64,000 bases of DNA from the NCBI GenBank assembly GCA_028023455.1, contig JAQFVV010000005.1:13516001-13580000 (forward strand), in the 5' to 3' direction. Within the stretch, counting starts at the first letter, position 1. Every line of letters begins with the position of its first letter. The DNA comes from Epiperipatus broadwayi. Its lineage: Eukaryota > Animalia > Onychophora. This document shows positions 63,786 to 64,000 of this stretch, piece by piece. The notes beneath the pieces are model-generated. The model worked only from the letters and a program-made list of their open reading frames with translations, was not told the origin of the DNA and made no database searches. A program made the position numbers and the translations under genes.

Positions 63786-64000
63786 CTGCAAAAAATAAAA
63801 TAATTAAAAATTTGCTAAAAATTAAATTTTATTTTAATGCAATCATTGTAATCAATTGGAAAAGTCAAATTCCATTATAAAATGGCTACTTTTTAACCAG
63901 ATAAATACTGTATCAATCAATTTTTACTGCAAAAAATATATATATAGTATATTATTTTTACATAATTTTAAAATATCACTAACAATATTACTTGGTTATA

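Noticed and set aside
1-64000. Host protein-coding genes, rRNA genes or prokaryotic-type systems
   Set aside because: Every ORF with recognisable motifs is transposon-derived. The remaining ORFs are short and low-complexity.

Overview
Very AT-rich eukaryotic DNA, probably invertebrate (inference from the element families). It is almost entirely decayed, nested transposable elements, and I can support no intact host gene. Contents: three L1/Tx1-like LINEs of one family (two full-length with TSDs) plus one short minus-strand L1 3' fragment; four Penelope-like elements (RT + GIY-YIG); three RTE-clade LINEs (one full-length with a 13-bp TSD); one Buster/SPIN-type hAT transposon broken by nested insertions; several MITE/foldback elements; local duplications. 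The most interesting signals are at RNA level. (i) Minimal hammerhead ribozymes in which the core 3:8 pair occurs as C-G, A-U and U-A. (ii) A complete HDV-like ribozyme starting at nucleotide 1 of the RTE element. (iii) A 39-40 nt GTAAGC..AG intron-like segment immediately before ORF1 in both full-length L1/Tx1 elements. (iv) A TSD-flanked 893-bp foldback element whose long arms carry a hammerhead. All 11 long coding elements lie on the + strand. All pairings, coordinates and alignments were read by eye, and no database search was run.
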